A stretch of DNA of 62,804 bases, counting the filler. It is 5 parts of 5 records of this genome, joined end to end, with 100 filler letters (N's around TTAATTAATTAA, not from the genome) between each part and the next. Parts side by side here need not be neighbours in the genome. Positions count along the whole stretch, not along the records: positions 29,087 to 52,347 come from SRR2962707_3831; positions 52,448 to 62,804 come from SRR2962707_3832; 3 more parts are not named here. One strand, 5' to 3'. Below, in pieces: positions 51,193 through 61,807 of this stretch (the stretch's first letter is position 1; the number at the start of each line of letters is the position of its first letter). Under the pieces are notes generated by a model. That model saw only the letters and a list, made by a program, of their open reading frames with translations, had not been told where the DNA came from and did no database searches. The position numbers were made by a program, and so were the translations under genes.

Positions 51193-52176
51193 ATGAATCA
51201 ACCTGTCCAAGATCTTGAACTGATATCCGTCACAAAACGCTATGGCGGGACCATCGCGGTGGATGCCATCAACCACCACTTCCGGCCGGCGAGTTATACC
51301 TGCCTGCTGGGGCCCTCGGGCTGTGGAAAATCATCGACCCTGCGGATGATCGCCGGCCATGAATCGGTAAGTGACGGCGCGATCGTCCTTGCCGGGCGCG
51401 ACATTTCCCACCTTCCCCCCGCGAAACGCGGCACGGCGATGATGTTCCAAAGTTATGCGCTGTTCCCGCATCTGACAGTCACGGACAACGTTGCATTTTC
51501 GCTCAAGATGAAGGGTGTGGACGTAAAAGAGCGCCGGGCGAAGGCGTCCGAGATGCTAGAGCTGGTGGACCTTTCGGCCATGGCCGAACGGCTACCGGAT
51601 CAACTTTCGGGTGGGCAGCAGCAGCGCGTGGCGCTGGCCCGGGCACTGATCACACGGCCACAGATTCTGTTGCTTGATGAACCGTTGTCGGCGCTGGATC
51701 CATTCCTGCGCATCCGGATGCGGGGCGAGTTGCGAAAACTGCAGCGCGAATTGGGCATCAGTTTCGTGCACGTGACCCACGGTCAGGACGAGGCGCTCGC
51801 TCTGGCAGATGAAATCGTGGTGATGAACAACGCGGTGATCGAACAGGCCGGGCCCGCGCGGGATGTCTTCAACGCACCAAAGACCAAGTTCGTGGCGCAG
51901 TTCATGGGCGGGCACAATGTGATTGCCCTGCCTGCGGGGCATTTCGCCATACGCAGTGACGCCGTGACCGTCGGCGCCCCGGACAGCGGCGTAGAGGGGA
52001 ACGTGACTGGCATCGAATACCAGGGCACGCATGTGTCTGTGCTGGCCCGCATCGCCGGAGATCAGGAAATAACGGCCATGGTGTCGGAAAACGAATTCTT
52101 CGCCCACCCGCATACCCCGGGCGACCGTGTCGGTCTGAACTGGGATGCCAAGAACCTGCACAAACTGACCGCGTAA
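51193..52176 (+). CDS. ABC transporter ATPase (PotA-like)
   Basis: GPSGCGKS, LSGGQQQR, LLLDEP, TOBE tail. Confidence 0.93.
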   Translation: MNQPVQDLELISVTKRYGGTIAVDAINHHFRPASYTCLLGPSGCGKSSTLRMIAGHESVSDGAIVLAGRDISHLPPAKRGTAMMFQSYALFPHLTVTDNVAFSLKMKGVDVKERRAKASEMLELVDLSAMAERLPDQLSGGQQQRVALARALITRPQILLLDEPLSALDPFLRIRMRGELRKLQRELGISFVHVTHGQDEALALADEIVVMNNAVIEQAGPARDVFNAPKTKFVAQFMGGHNVIALPAGHFAIRSDAVTVGAPDSGVEGNVTGIEYQGTHVSVLARIAGDQEITAMVSENEFFAHPHTPGDRVGLNWDAKNLHKLTA

Positions 52177-52206
52177 GGCGGCGATACGTCTGACAAGGAG
52201 AAAGAC

Positions 52207-52347
52207 ATGACAACGACCAATATTTCCCGCCGTGGTATCCTTAAGGGGGGCGCTGCCTTTGCCGCTGGGTCAACCCTTGGCGCGCCGATGATCTGGGCAC
52301 AAAATATCAAGGATGTGACCCTGCGCCAGTTCGGCACCGGTGTGTCC
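52207..52347 (+). CDS. Tat-exported solute-binding protein, N-terminal fragment
   Basis: ISRRGILK twin-arginine signal; AAGGAG RBS; truncated by the gap. Confidence 0.75.
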
Positions 52348-52447
52348 NNNNNNNNNNNNNNNNNNNNNNNNNNNNNNNNNNNNNNNNNNNNTTAATTAAT
52401 TAANNNNNNNNNNNNNNNNNNNNNNNNNNNNNNNNNNNNNNNNNNNN
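52348..52447. other. Assembly spacer with TTAATTAATTAA
   Basis: Linker at 52392-52403. Confidence 0.99.
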
Positions 52448-53521
52448 GTGCGGGGCTTTGCTGATTTTGACGGACCGCTTTATTATGCACCTACCGGTTT
52501 CATCGACCATGCCGATGATCCCAATACACTCCCGCTGGCTGGATCGCGCCGCGGCTTTTCGGCCCTTGAAATTATTCGTCGCCGTGAAGGCGGCGGTGCC
52601 GAAAGCATGATCCTGCCACTCCTTGCCCTTGAAGGCTGGGTTCAAAATAGCGGGCGTGTTGATGAAATTAACAATGTGCTTGATCGTTTAATGACCAAGC
52701 GCGCCGATTTTGCCGGACTTGATATGGCTTCATGCCACGTCATGGGCATTGTTAATGTGACACCTGACAGCTTTTCTGATGGCGGGGATTACAACACGAC
52801 AGACCAGGCGATTGCCCGGGGTCGTGAACTGGCCGACTTTGGCGCATCAATCCTTGATATCGGCGGGGAATCCACCCGCCCGGGAGCGGATGACGTTACC
52901 GAGGCTGAGGAAATCGATCGTGTCGTGCCCGTGATCCGTGCCTTGGCCGAGAAGGGACATGTGGTTTCAATCGATACGCGCCACGCCAATGTGATGGAGG
53001 CAGCGATCAATGCTGGTGCTGCCATCATTAATGACGTCACCGGGCTCGAGGGCGATGAACGGTCGCTCGAGGTGGCGGCACGTTTGGGGGCACCTGTAAT
53101 GCTGATGCATATGCAGGGCGAACCCGGCACCATGCAGGACGATCCGCAATATGATTGTGCCGTTCTTGATGTGTACGACTATTTGCTCGATCGCATCGAA
53201 AGTTGCGAACGGGCCGGGATATCGCGCGACAAGATTTGTATTGATCCGGGTATCGGATTTGGCAAGACACTGTCACATAACCTTGAGTTACAGTCGCGGC
53301 TGGCGATTTTCCATGGTTTGGGATGCCCGGTTTTACTTGGAACGTCGCGCAAGTCGTTTATCGGGAAAATTGACCCCAAAGCGGATCCAAAACAAAGGCT
53401 CGGTGGATCAATTGCATCTGTCGTCAATGGATGGCGGCACGGGGCGCAGATAATGCGCGTTCACGATGTTCAGGAAACTGTTCAGGCCATCTCGGTCGCA
53501 AGTTCGACGTCTCTGGTATAG
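52448..53521 (+). CDS. folP: Dihydropteroate synthase (start at or beyond the contig edge)
   Basis: MGIVNVTPDSFSDGG, GGESTRPG, IDPGIGFGK, SRKSF, RVHDV. Confidence 0.97.
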   Translation: MRGFADFDGPLYYAPTGFIDHADDPNTLPLAGSRRGFSALEIIRRREGGGAESMILPLLALEGWVQNSGRVDEINNVLDRLMTKRADFAGLDMASCHVMGIVNVTPDSFSDGGDYNTTDQAIARGRELADFGASILDIGGESTRPGADDVTEAEEIDRVVPVIRALAEKGHVVSIDTRHANVMEAAINAGAAIINDVTGLEGDERSLEVAARLGAPVMLMHMQGEPGTMQDDPQYDCAVLDVYDYLLDRIESCERAGISRDKICIDPGIGFGKTLSHNLELQSRLAIFHGLGCPVLLGTSRKSFIGKIDPKADPKQRLGGSIASVVNGWRHGAQIMRVHDVQETVQAISVASSTSLV

Positions 53522-53784
53522 GAAGCTCAGCGGACCTTTGCTTCCTGTATAGGTTGTCATTTTCGCCCGATTGATTAAAAGCAAGACCATTCAACATTTT
53601 GGGGATGTATATCCTTTTGGTTGGGTCTTGCTTTTTTTATATTTAGAATCTGGCATTTTCTGACCTTTTGCGGTTGAGGCTTGCGCATTTGCAGGCCGCA
53701 CCACATACCAAAGAGTGAAATAAACAAAGTGGCGCAAAGTCACGCTTATTGGTTGAATAAACGAGCAGCTGCAAAGGTCTGTAC

Positions 53785-54579
53785 ATGAACGGAATTGTTG
53801 ACCTGACCGAGGTCGGAAACAAAAGTATGACATCAAGTCGAAGTCTGACGGCGCAATGTGTGTTTGTCGTCGAAGACAACACCGATCTTAATAAGGATCT
53901 GTGCGAGTATCTTGAGATGTGTGGCTTTGACGTGATTGGTTGCGAAACCGGTGCGAGCTTTTTTCGCGCGCTTAAAACCAAACAGCCTGATGCGGTCATC
54001 CTTGATATCATGCTGCCCGATGCTGATGGCTATGATCTTGCCAAATACGTCCGCCAGAACATTGATTGCGGCATCATGATGCTGACGTCCCTGTCAGGGA
54101 TGGATCATCATCTGACAGGCTACAAGTCAGGTGCAGACGTCTATCTGACCAAAGACAGTCCTTTGTCGGTAATCGAAGCCGCTTTGCAGCCTTTATTACG
54201 CCGTTCCTCGCGTGCAGACAGTGACGCCGATGAGGGGGCTGATTCCTCTGGTATGGAAGCGGGCTGGGTTCTTGATCTGCTCAATTGGACATTGGTTAAT
54301 CCGCTTGGAAAGTCGGCATCCTTGACCGCAACCGAACGGACAATCATCAAGTTATTGATTGACGCGAACGGGGCATGGTTGACCCGGCCGGAAATCGTTA
54401 TCGCCTTGGGTAAGGCCGATACAGCTGAAAACTGCCGCAACCTTGATACGGCAATCCGGCGTGTGCGCCAGAAGGTTCTCAAGGAAATTGGTGAAGAGCT
54501 TCCGGTACGCACAGCATATGGTCGTGGCTATGCCTTCACATCGCTTGGCGCCGTTTCCGGTGAAGCAGAAAATCTCTGA
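53785..54579 (+). CDS. OmpR-like response regulator (REC plus wHTH)
   Basis: VVEDN, ILDIMLPD, YLTK, LTATE, RNLDTAIRRVR, AYGRGY; start may be 53827. Confidence 0.9.
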   Translation: MNGIVDLTEVGNKSMTSSRSLTAQCVFVVEDNTDLNKDLCEYLEMCGFDVIGCETGASFFRALKTKQPDAVILDIMLPDADGYDLAKYVRQNIDCGIMMLTSLSGMDHHLTGYKSGADVYLTKDSPLSVIEAALQPLLRRSSRADSDADEGADSSGMEAGWVLDLLNWTLVNPLGKSASLTATERTIIKLLIDANGAWLTRPEIVIALGKADTAENCRNLDTAIRRVRQKVLKEIGEELPVRTAYGRGYAFTSLGAVSGEAENL

Positions 54580-54593
54580 CGCTTGGTGCGCCA

Positions 54594-56684
54594 TCACGCA
54601 AGTGGTGCCGCGCTGTCCTGATTGGAAGTTTCACACGGTAGCAGCACACACAGCGCAATTCCCGTCGGCCCCAGATCACGTAATTTGATCGAGCCGCCGT
54701 GCGCGTCAACAATGCGTTGTGAAATATGCAGGCCAAGCGCACTTCGCAGGGCCTTTGTTTCCATCTCGCGGCGAAACAGCGCATTTCCAATCAAGCGGAT
54801 TTCATCGCTATCAAGTCCTTCGCCCTGACAGGGTATTGATATTTCCGCCAGCCAGTTACTTTGCGCGCGCGCGGTAATATGGATTGGCTTTCCATGGGCA
54901 AAACGCCGTGACGTTTCGACCAGGTTGGTCATCGCCAGACCAATCAGTGTTTCATCGATATAGGCTTCAACACCGTTGGTTCCCGTACAGGTCACCAGAA
55001 TTTCGGCATCGTCGCGTGTCGTATTGGCGACGAAATCATTCATGAAATGATCCAGCCCGACAAGCTCACGCGCCAACGAGAATTCCTTGTCGTCAATACC
55101 ATCCTTGCTTAGGAAAATATCAACCAGACGGGCAAGTTTTCGGGCCTGAAGCTCAATGCGTTTTAGCCGGTTCTGAATATCATCGCTGTGATCTTGTAAA
55201 CGGAGCATCAGCATTTCTGACGAACGCTGAATAACCGCAAGCGGGGTTCGGAATTCATGCGACAGCATTGAAATCAACTTGCGCTGTTCACCGACAAGCG
55301 ATGTTGTTTCTTCGGCTCTGGTCGATGCAAACACCTGTTCCCTGTCCATTTGGGTCAGACGTATGGCCATCAATATGCCCATCGCGATGATGTGGAAAAT
55401 GAAGGTGAATTGATGGAGGCCGATGCGTGTCGGGGTTACCTCGATAAGTCCCGCATGGGCCAATTGCAACATGATGGCAGGGCCGCAAGGCAAGGCAAGG
55501 GCTATCAAATACGCCCAAAGCGTCTTGTTTCTGATATCTGCGGCAAGCCTTTTGACAAGAACCAAACAGGCGCAGGCCATGAAAAGTGCGACAGACGGAA
55601 CGATATAGGTGCCAAACACGGTATAGAGTTCATTGGTCGTACCAATGAGGAAACTTAAAATGACGATGCAGTAGGCACATCCGAGCCAAAACAAAATTGG
55701 TGTGCGTTGGCGAAATTCAAGAATATGTATCCATAAAAAGACAACGGCAGCCTGTGAAACGATGTTGGTGGTCCCAATGAGAAAATCATTCATCCACGGG
55801 ATTTCAGGGCGCAGCTGACTTAATCCGACACCATTTACAAGTGATATGAGCATGCCAGCACACGCAATCCCGATGCCATAGCTGACAACAACCGCATCGC
55901 GGGCGATAAGCCCAAGGCTGAAATACGTAATGCCAAGGGTTAGAAACACCCCAAAGAAGATGTTTGTTGCCAGATTGCGAAGCGTCATCGACGAAATAAG
56001 GTCCTTGGCCTGCCAAAGTGTGACAGTTAGCAAGTTCGTACTGTTACTTTGTACCCGGATAAACAGGTGATACGCACCCGCATCAAGTTTCGGCCAAGAT
56101 GCGACGTGCGTGCCGCTGGTAAAGGGACGCTTGTTTGCTGGAATGCGGTCGCCCATGCTTTCCTGCCAAATGGCATCGGAAAGCTTGGCCGTTGCGATAT
56201 CCTCAAAAAGATACAGATCTATATGATTAAGATAGCTTGGATTGGCCTCAATGTATGGGGGGGCGGTCAACATCTGATCGACGCTGAAATCGATCCTGTA
56301 CCAGATGATATCTGACGTATACCCAAATGATGGGATTGATGCGCTTTGCTGAAAGTCGTCAAACGGCAGTTGGCGAACATCATCAAGTGACATCTGCTGG
56401 CTTTGGTCGACATACCATGAAAGATAGGGTGTCAGATCAAGCTTGCCGGGAAGATCACCGTTTAAAACAATTTTATCGGTGTGCCCGGTGGTTGGTGGCG
56501 TAGTCCCATGCGCGCACACACCATTGGGCCCACCAATCATTGCGACGATCAGGGCGACGAACAAGATGAACAAAATGCGCGGTAACTTGGTGCGTATCAA
56601 GGTGGCCACGGGCGTTCGGCCCACGTTTTGACGTGCGGTTAAGACTGTCCACATATGACGGCGGAATGATGCAAAGGCGGTCAT
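54594..56684 (-). CDS. 7TM-DISM sensor with an intact H-box but a degenerate HATPase domain (probable pseudokinase)
   Basis: DISMED2-like SFGYT..IWYR and YLNHIDLY, 7 TMs, SHEFRTPL; N-box NLVETS, G1 CQGEG, G2 SALGL. Confidence 0.85.
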   Translation of the reverse strand: MTAFASFRRHMWTVLTARQNVGRTPVATLIRTKLPRILFILFVALIVAMIGGPNGVCAHGTTPPTTGHTDKIVLNGDLPGKLDLTPYLSWYVDQSQQMSLDDVRQLPFDDFQQSASIPSFGYTSDIIWYRIDFSVDQMLTAPPYIEANPSYLNHIDLYLFEDIATAKLSDAIWQESMGDRIPANKRPFTSGTHVASWPKLDAGAYHLFIRVQSNSTNLLTVTLWQAKDLISSMTLRNLATNIFFGVFLTLGITYFSLGLIARDAVVVSYGIGIACAGMLISLVNGVGLSQLRPEIPWMNDFLIGTTNIVSQAAVVFLWIHILEFRQRTPILFWLGCAYCIVILSFLIGTTNELYTVFGTYIVPSVALFMACACLVLVKRLAADIRNKTLWAYLIALALPCGPAIMLQLAHAGLIEVTPTRIGLHQFTFIFHIIAMGILMAIRLTQMDREQVFASTRAEETTSLVGEQRKLISMLSHEFRTPLAVIQRSSEMLMLRLQDHSDDIQNRLKRIELQARKLARLVDIFLSKDGIDDKEFSLARELVGLDHFMNDFVANTTRDDAEILVTCTGTNGVEAYIDETLIGLAMTNLVETSRRFAHGKPIHITARAQSNWLAEISIPCQGEGLDSDEIRLIGNALFRREMETKALRSALGLHISQRIVDAHGGSIKLRDLGPTGIALCVLLPCETSNQDSAAPLA

Positions 56685-58771
56685 GACGGCGCACCATCGT
56701 CATCTTCTGTTCGGAGCTTTTTTCGCGATACATGGGGGGCGGCCAAACCAAAGAAGTTTTGACGGGACGCTTTGACCGTTTCTTCCCGGTTATAGGGAAT
56801 TTTGATCATTACCGTTGTGCCGGATGTCTCGCCAACACTGATCGACATTGATCCGTTATGGGATTGCACAATGCGGTTGGTGATATGCAGGCCCAGACCG
56901 ACACCTTGTGTGACGCCTGCGTCGCGTCCACGGTAAAACGCGTTGGATACATTCGTCAGATCGTCAATGGGAATGCCCGGTCCGGCATCTATAACACGGA
57001 TATAGACAAATCCGTTCGACGACCGATTGCATGCGACCCAGACTGGAGCGTCGGGGGCGTATTTACGGGCATTGTCGATCAAGTTGATGATCGCGCGTTC
57101 AAACAGAATGCGGTCAATATCGACAATGGCAAAATCGATATTTTTCAAGCTGACTTTCTGGTCCGGGATTTCACGGTTCCGTCGATTGATCAAATCATGT
57201 AGCAACTGATCAATGTTGGTCGGCTGCAAGGATGTTGTGAAATTCGCACTGTCGAGCGTCTCCTTGGTCAAAAAGGCATCGACCAACCCCGAAAGCTGAC
57301 CGGCATTCCCACGAATGGTGGCAAGACGGCTGTGAACAGGGGCGGGCTCATTGCGCAAATGTAGACCGAGAATTTCTGCTGATCGCTGAATGATCGCCAG
57401 AGGTGTTCGAAATTCGTGCGACAGCATGGTTATGAAAGTCCGCTGTTCGCCAGCAAGCTGATCGGCCCGCGCATTGGTTTGATGCGCGTTAGTCCAATTG
57501 TAGGTCAGTCTCTGGGTGCGATAGGCCATCGCAATTGCAACCATCACAAGATGTATCGACGAGCTAAGCGGGTAGACCTTGGTTGTGAAGGCCGTGATCG
57601 GCAGGATACCCAGCAGTGTCAAAACATGGATGTTGGCCGCAAGGGTTGGCAAAGCAAGTGCGATGAAAAAGAAGCTGTTTGATGCCAGACGTCTTTCACG
57701 ATAGCTGACGTAAATCAGATACATCAAAAGCGTGAACAGCAAAATCACATTGGGAATAAAGAAGATCTGCGTGAAATAGATATAGGCATCCGATATCGCA
57801 GTGACCGAACCGATCATCGCCAATATGGAAAAGGCCATCATCACCCGAAACAGAACCGGGTTATAGTGATCAAGTTTGACGATATGGGTCCACATCGCGA
57901 CACTGGCGCCCAAGGCAAACGCGGTTCCTGTTCCGGTAATAAGGTCGCTGGCAAGTGGCCAAATCCCCTTTAGCAGAAGCTGGGCATATCCTGACGTACC
58001 AAGGTTGAACAGAAAGACAGATAAAACATATCCGCTGTACCACAGCACCGATTTGTCGCGTGATATGATGCCAAAGGTCAGATAGACACCAAACCCGATC
58101 AACAGGACCCCCAAAAAACTGCTTTCAACAAGGTTATGTTCCTCGGTGTCGGAAACAAGCTCCGCCTCGGGGTATAGTTTGGCATGGAAAACATGGGCGC
58201 TGTTGGTGCGCACACCGATCATCAACCAATAGTGTCCTGATGGTAAATCCGGCCATTCTGACAAATGCCGGAGGCTGATCAAACTGTCTTTCGTGTTGGG
58301 GATCCGGTCACCAACAACATTTTTCCAGATGACATTGCGCGTCTCATCGTCAATCACGGTCAGGCGGATCTCGTTGAGATAGGGCTCTCCCAATTCGATG
58401 AAGGCCCGTGAAATGTCATTGCCTTGCGGCGCGGTAAGCGAAAAGGCCAGCCGATACCAAATAACGCGTGGGGTGTAACCGGGCCCTGCGGTGCCGGCAA
58501 CGGGTTCAAATTCAGAAGACGGAATATCAATCAGTTGGGCAGGATCGGTGACGTTGCGATCAGATGTCAGGCGCTCCATAAACCGGTTTAGATCGATACT
58601 GGCTGTCGCGCCATTTGCCGGCAACACAAGGTGTGCCATGTCGGTCCGTGCCGATGCAGGCGGCGAAAACCATGTGATGGATGCGACAAGGGCAATCGTC
58701 AGGACACTTATGACGTCGCGCCAAGTCAACATCTGGCGAAAATCGCGCAAAGCGCCCCCAATTTCAGACAA
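56681..58771 (-). CDS. 7TM-DISM sensor histidine kinase
   Basis: GPGYT..IWYR, PYLNEI, 7 TMs, SHEFRTPL, NLIDNARKY, DAGPGI, FYRG, GVGLGL. Confidence 0.9.
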   Translation of the reverse strand: MSEIGGALRDFRQMLTWRDVISVLTIALVASITWFSPPASARTDMAHLVLPANGATASIDLNRFMERLTSDRNVTDPAQLIDIPSSEFEPVAGTAGPGYTPRVIWYRLAFSLTAPQGNDISRAFIELGEPYLNEIRLTVIDDETRNVIWKNVVGDRIPNTKDSLISLRHLSEWPDLPSGHYWLMIGVRTNSAHVFHAKLYPEAELVSDTEEHNLVESSFLGVLLIGFGVYLTFGIISRDKSVLWYSGYVLSVFLFNLGTSGYAQLLLKGIWPLASDLITGTGTAFALGASVAMWTHIVKLDHYNPVLFRVMMAFSILAMIGSVTAISDAYIYFTQIFFIPNVILLFTLLMYLIYVSYRERRLASNSFFFIALALPTLAANIHVLTLLGILPITAFTTKVYPLSSSIHLVMVAIAMAYRTQRLTYNWTNAHQTNARADQLAGEQRTFITMLSHEFRTPLAIIQRSAEILGLHLRNEPAPVHSRLATIRGNAGQLSGLVDAFLTKETLDSANFTTSLQPTNIDQLLHDLINRRNREIPDQKVSLKNIDFAIVDIDRILFERAIINLIDNARKYAPDAPVWVACNRSSNGFVYIRVIDAGPGIPIDDLTNVSNAFYRGRDAGVTQGVGLGLHITNRIVQSHNGSMSISVGETSGTTVMIKIPYNREETVKASRQNFFGLAAPHVSRKKLRTEDDDGAPS

Positions 58772-58982
58772 TTAAACGAGTCTATTTTTGATAGCGTTTT
58801 TTTTTGGTCAGGTCATCGGTTTTATCAGAATAGTCTGATGGGCGCGTGTTAACGGAATGGTCGCCAACGAGGCGTTAAAATGTGTCACTTGCCGGTAGCA
58901 TTGAAACGTCACTTTGATATAACCGGCAGTCAGGATTTATGGACCGGGCGTTAAAACCGGCACACAGACAGAGAACACAAGC

Positions 58983-60332
58983 ATGAGCCGCAAATATTTT
59001 GGCACCGACGGCATTCGCGGAACCGCCAATACCGCACCCATGACCGCCGAAGTCGCACTAAAGGTCGGTATGGCCGCGGGCAACTACTTCACCCGTGGTG
59101 ATCACCGCCACAAAGTTGTGATCGGCAAGGACACGCGTCTGTCTGGCTACATGCTTGAACCAGCGTTGGTGGCGGGCTTTACGTCCATGGGCATGGATGT
59201 GATGTTGGTCGGGCCTATGCCGACCCCCGCTGTTGCCATGCTGACCAAATCGATGCGTGCAGATATCGGTGTGATGATTTCAGCATCCCACAATCCGTTT
59301 CAGGATAATGGCATCAAGCTATTTGGCCCGGATGGTTTCAAACTGTCTGACGAGGTGGAACTTGAAATCGAAGCGTTGATGGACAGTGATCTGTCGCATA
59401 AGCTCGTTCCGGCGAATGCCTTGGGCCGGGCGCAGCGTATTGACGATGCCCCCGGGCGCTATATCGAAGCTGTGAAATCTTCGCTTCCGGGCAGTGTCAC
59501 TCTTGAAGGTCTTCGTATCGTTCTTGATTGTGCCAATGGTGCGGCTTATTCCGTCGCGCCAAAGGTGCTGCGTGAACTTGGTGCCGAAGTGATTGAAATC
59601 GGCACGAAACCCAACGGTCTGAACATCAATGACCAATGCGGTTCGACCCACACCAAAACCATGTGTGATCGGGTCCTGTCTGAAAAGGCCGACGTCGGGA
59701 TTGCCCTTGATGGGGATGCGGATCGTATTCAGATGTGCGATGAAAAAGGTCATCTGATCGACGGTGATCAGTTGATGGGGCTTGTGACCACCCATTGGAA
59801 ACGCACCGGTCAGCTGCGCGGCAATGCGCTGGTGGCGACCGTGATGTCCAATCTGGGGCTTGAACGCTATCTTGAAAGCAATGGCTTGCGTCTGATCCGC
59901 ACCAAGGTGGGTGACCGCTATGTGGTTGAACAGATGCGTGCACTTGATTGCAATGTCGGCGGTGAACAGTCGGGCCATATTGTTCTGTCTGATTTTGCCT
60001 CAACCGGCGATGGTCTTCTGGCCGGGCTGCAGGTCTTGGCCGTTCTGGCATCGCGCAGCGGGCCGGTGTCTGAAATGAGTCGCGTGTTTGAACCGTTGCC
60101 GCAAATCCTTAAAAACGTGCGCTATACCGCCGGGGCCGATCCATTGTCGCAAAGCCGCGTGATTGACGCCATTTCTTCGGCTGAGAAGGCCTTTAACGGT
60201 GATGGACGGGTTTTGATCCGTAAATCCGGGACAGAACCGCTGATCCGTGTCATGGCCGAGGGCGATGATGCGGTAAAAGTCGAACAGATTGTCGATGGTA
60301 TCGTGGCTGAAATCACCGCCGTTGCAGGCTGA
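58983..60332 (+). CDS. glmM: Phosphoglucosamine mutase
   Basis: [36 protein letters not shown]. Confidence 0.98.
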   Translation: MSRKYFGTDGIRGTANTAPMTAEVALKVGMAAGNYFTRGDHRHKVVIGKDTRLSGYMLEPALVAGFTSMGMDVMLVGPMPTPAVAMLTKSMRADIGVMISASHNPFQDNGIKLFGPDGFKLSDEVELEIEALMDSDLSHKLVPANALGRAQRIDDAPGRYIEAVKSSLPGSVTLEGLRIVLDCANGAAYSVAPKVLRELGAEVIEIGTKPNGLNINDQCGSTHTKTMCDRVLSEKADVGIALDGDADRIQMCDEKGHLIDGDQLMGLVTTHWKRTGQLRGNALVATVMSNLGLERYLESNGLRLIRTKVGDRYVVEQMRALDCNVGGEQSGHIVLSDFASTGDGLLAGLQVLAVLASRSGPVSEMSRVFEPLPQILKNVRYTAGADPLSQSRVIDAISSAEKAFNGDGRVLIRKSGTEPLIRVMAEGDDAVKVEQIVDGIVAEITAVAG

Positions 60333-60390
60333 TCAACAGCGAATTCTGCAAAATACTTACTTTGGCTGCATTGCGTTGGGGAGGATGATC

Positions 60391-61188
60391 ATGAAGGGTC
60401 GTGTCTTGATTATTGCCGGATCGGACTGTTCTGGCGGGGCCGGTATTCAGGCCGATATCAAATCGGTGACGGCTCTTGGTGGTTACGCCGCAACGGCAAT
60501 TACCGCTCTGACGGTGCAAAACACCACCGGAGTCTTCGACGTTTTGGGGGTTTCGCCTGAAATGATTGTTCATCAGGCGACCGTGACTATTGATGATATC
60601 GGTGCGGACGCGATTAAAACCGGAATGCTCCATAGTGTGCCGGTGATCGAAGCTGTGGCGGAATTTATCAAATTAAAATGTTCGGGTATTCCAATCGTAA
60701 TTGACCCTGTGATGGTATCGCAAAGCGGTTCACGGTTGCTTCAGGAAGACGCGGTCGAAGCCTTGATAACCCATATGATCCCCCTTGCAACGGTCCTGAC
60801 CCCGAATATTCCCGAGGCAGAAGTGCTATCGGGCATGAATATTTACAGCGAAGGTGATATGATTGCTGCGGCGCACAAAATCGGAGAGTTGGGCGCAGAG
60901 GCGGTGTTGATCAAAGGTGGTCACGCCGAGGGCGATAAGATTGTTGATATTCTTTGGCGTCGCGACGGGGACATCGAAGGGTTTGAAGGTGATCGCATCC
61001 CGTCTGAAAATAATCATGGTACGGGCTGCTCGCTTGCAAGTTCGATTGCAACCGGGCTGGCACAGGACATGGGACTGAGTGACGCGGTGGCGCGTGCACG
61101 GGCCTATGTTCGCGAAGCCATCCGCACCGCCCCGAATTACGGCAAAGGAAACGGTCCGCTAAACCACGCGCACCCTGTCACCGGATAA
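60391..61188 (+). CDS. thiD: HMP/HMP-P kinase
   Basis: IAGSDCSGGAGIQAD, TPNIPE, KGGH, HGTGC. Confidence 0.96.
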   Translation: MKGRVLIIAGSDCSGGAGIQADIKSVTALGGYAATAITALTVQNTTGVFDVLGVSPEMIVHQATVTIDDIGADAIKTGMLHSVPVIEAVAEFIKLKCSGIPIVIDPVMVSQSGSRLLQEDAVEALITHMIPLATVLTPNIPEAEVLSGMNIYSEGDMIAAAHKIGELGAEAVLIKGGHAEGDKIVDILWRRDGDIEGFEGDRIPSENNHGTGCSLASSIATGLAQDMGLSDAVARARAYVREAIRTAPNYGKGNGPLNHAHPVTG

Positions 61189-61225
61189 AAACGCGGCAGG
61201 ACGCGCCAATCTAGGATGTCGTGGT

Positions 61226-61807
61226 ATGCCGGGAACGTCGTTTTTCCACCAGGCCCGTAACAACGCCTGGTCTAATCATCGCCTGTTGGGGGCATGTCAA
61301 AAACTCACCACCACAGAACTTCGTGCGCGCCGTGCGTCTCTCATGCCATCAATCTTGCAAACCCTTAATCACAGCCTGATTGTCGATTGGTATTATCTGG
61401 ATGCTCTGATCAAAGGTGGGCGCGGGCAGGATTGTTTTGCCAACCAGATGCCGTTTATCACCATCGAGACGTTTGGCGCGGCTCAGCGCGATGCTGATGT
61501 AAGGCTGCGGGCCTTTTGTGAAAAACTCGATGACAAGGATGTGGTGCGCGACGTAACCCTCGTCGGACCTGACGACGTTATGGTCAGTGAAAGCATTTCA
61601 GCGGTTTTGTCACATCTGTTTGTTCATCAAACCCATCATCGTGGGCAGATCCATGCGATGCTGTGCGAAACCACACAATCGCCACCACAGCTTGATGAAT
61701 ATCACCTTGAATCCGGTGCCGAATTTCGCAAAAGTGACTTCACTGCTTTGGGTTGGAATGTCGCCGGATTATCGGCTGCTATGGTCTATAAGGATAACCA
61801 TGAATAA
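61226..61807 (+). CDS. DinB-family protein
   Basis: NNAWSNHRL, SILQTLNH, HLFVHQTHHRGQIH. Confidence 0.9.
   Translation: MPGTSFFHQARNNAWSNHRLLGACQKLTTTELRARRASLMPSILQTLNHSLIVDWYYLDALIKGGRGQDCFANQMPFITIETFGAAQRDADVRLRAFCEKLDDKDVVRDVTLVGPDDVMVSESISAVLSHLFVHQTHHRGQIHAMLCETTQSPPQLDEYHLESGAEFRKSDFTALGWNVAGLSAAMVYKDNHE

Noticed and set aside
52448-52730. N-terminal extension of FolP as a new fusion
   Set aside because: Similar extensions are familiar in alphaproteobacterial FolP; no separate domain can be supported
58884-58915. GTCACTT direct repeat between the kinase gene and glmM as an RR binding site
   Set aside because: The 24-bp spacing is atypical for OmpR-type sites and a 7-mer pair can arise by chance
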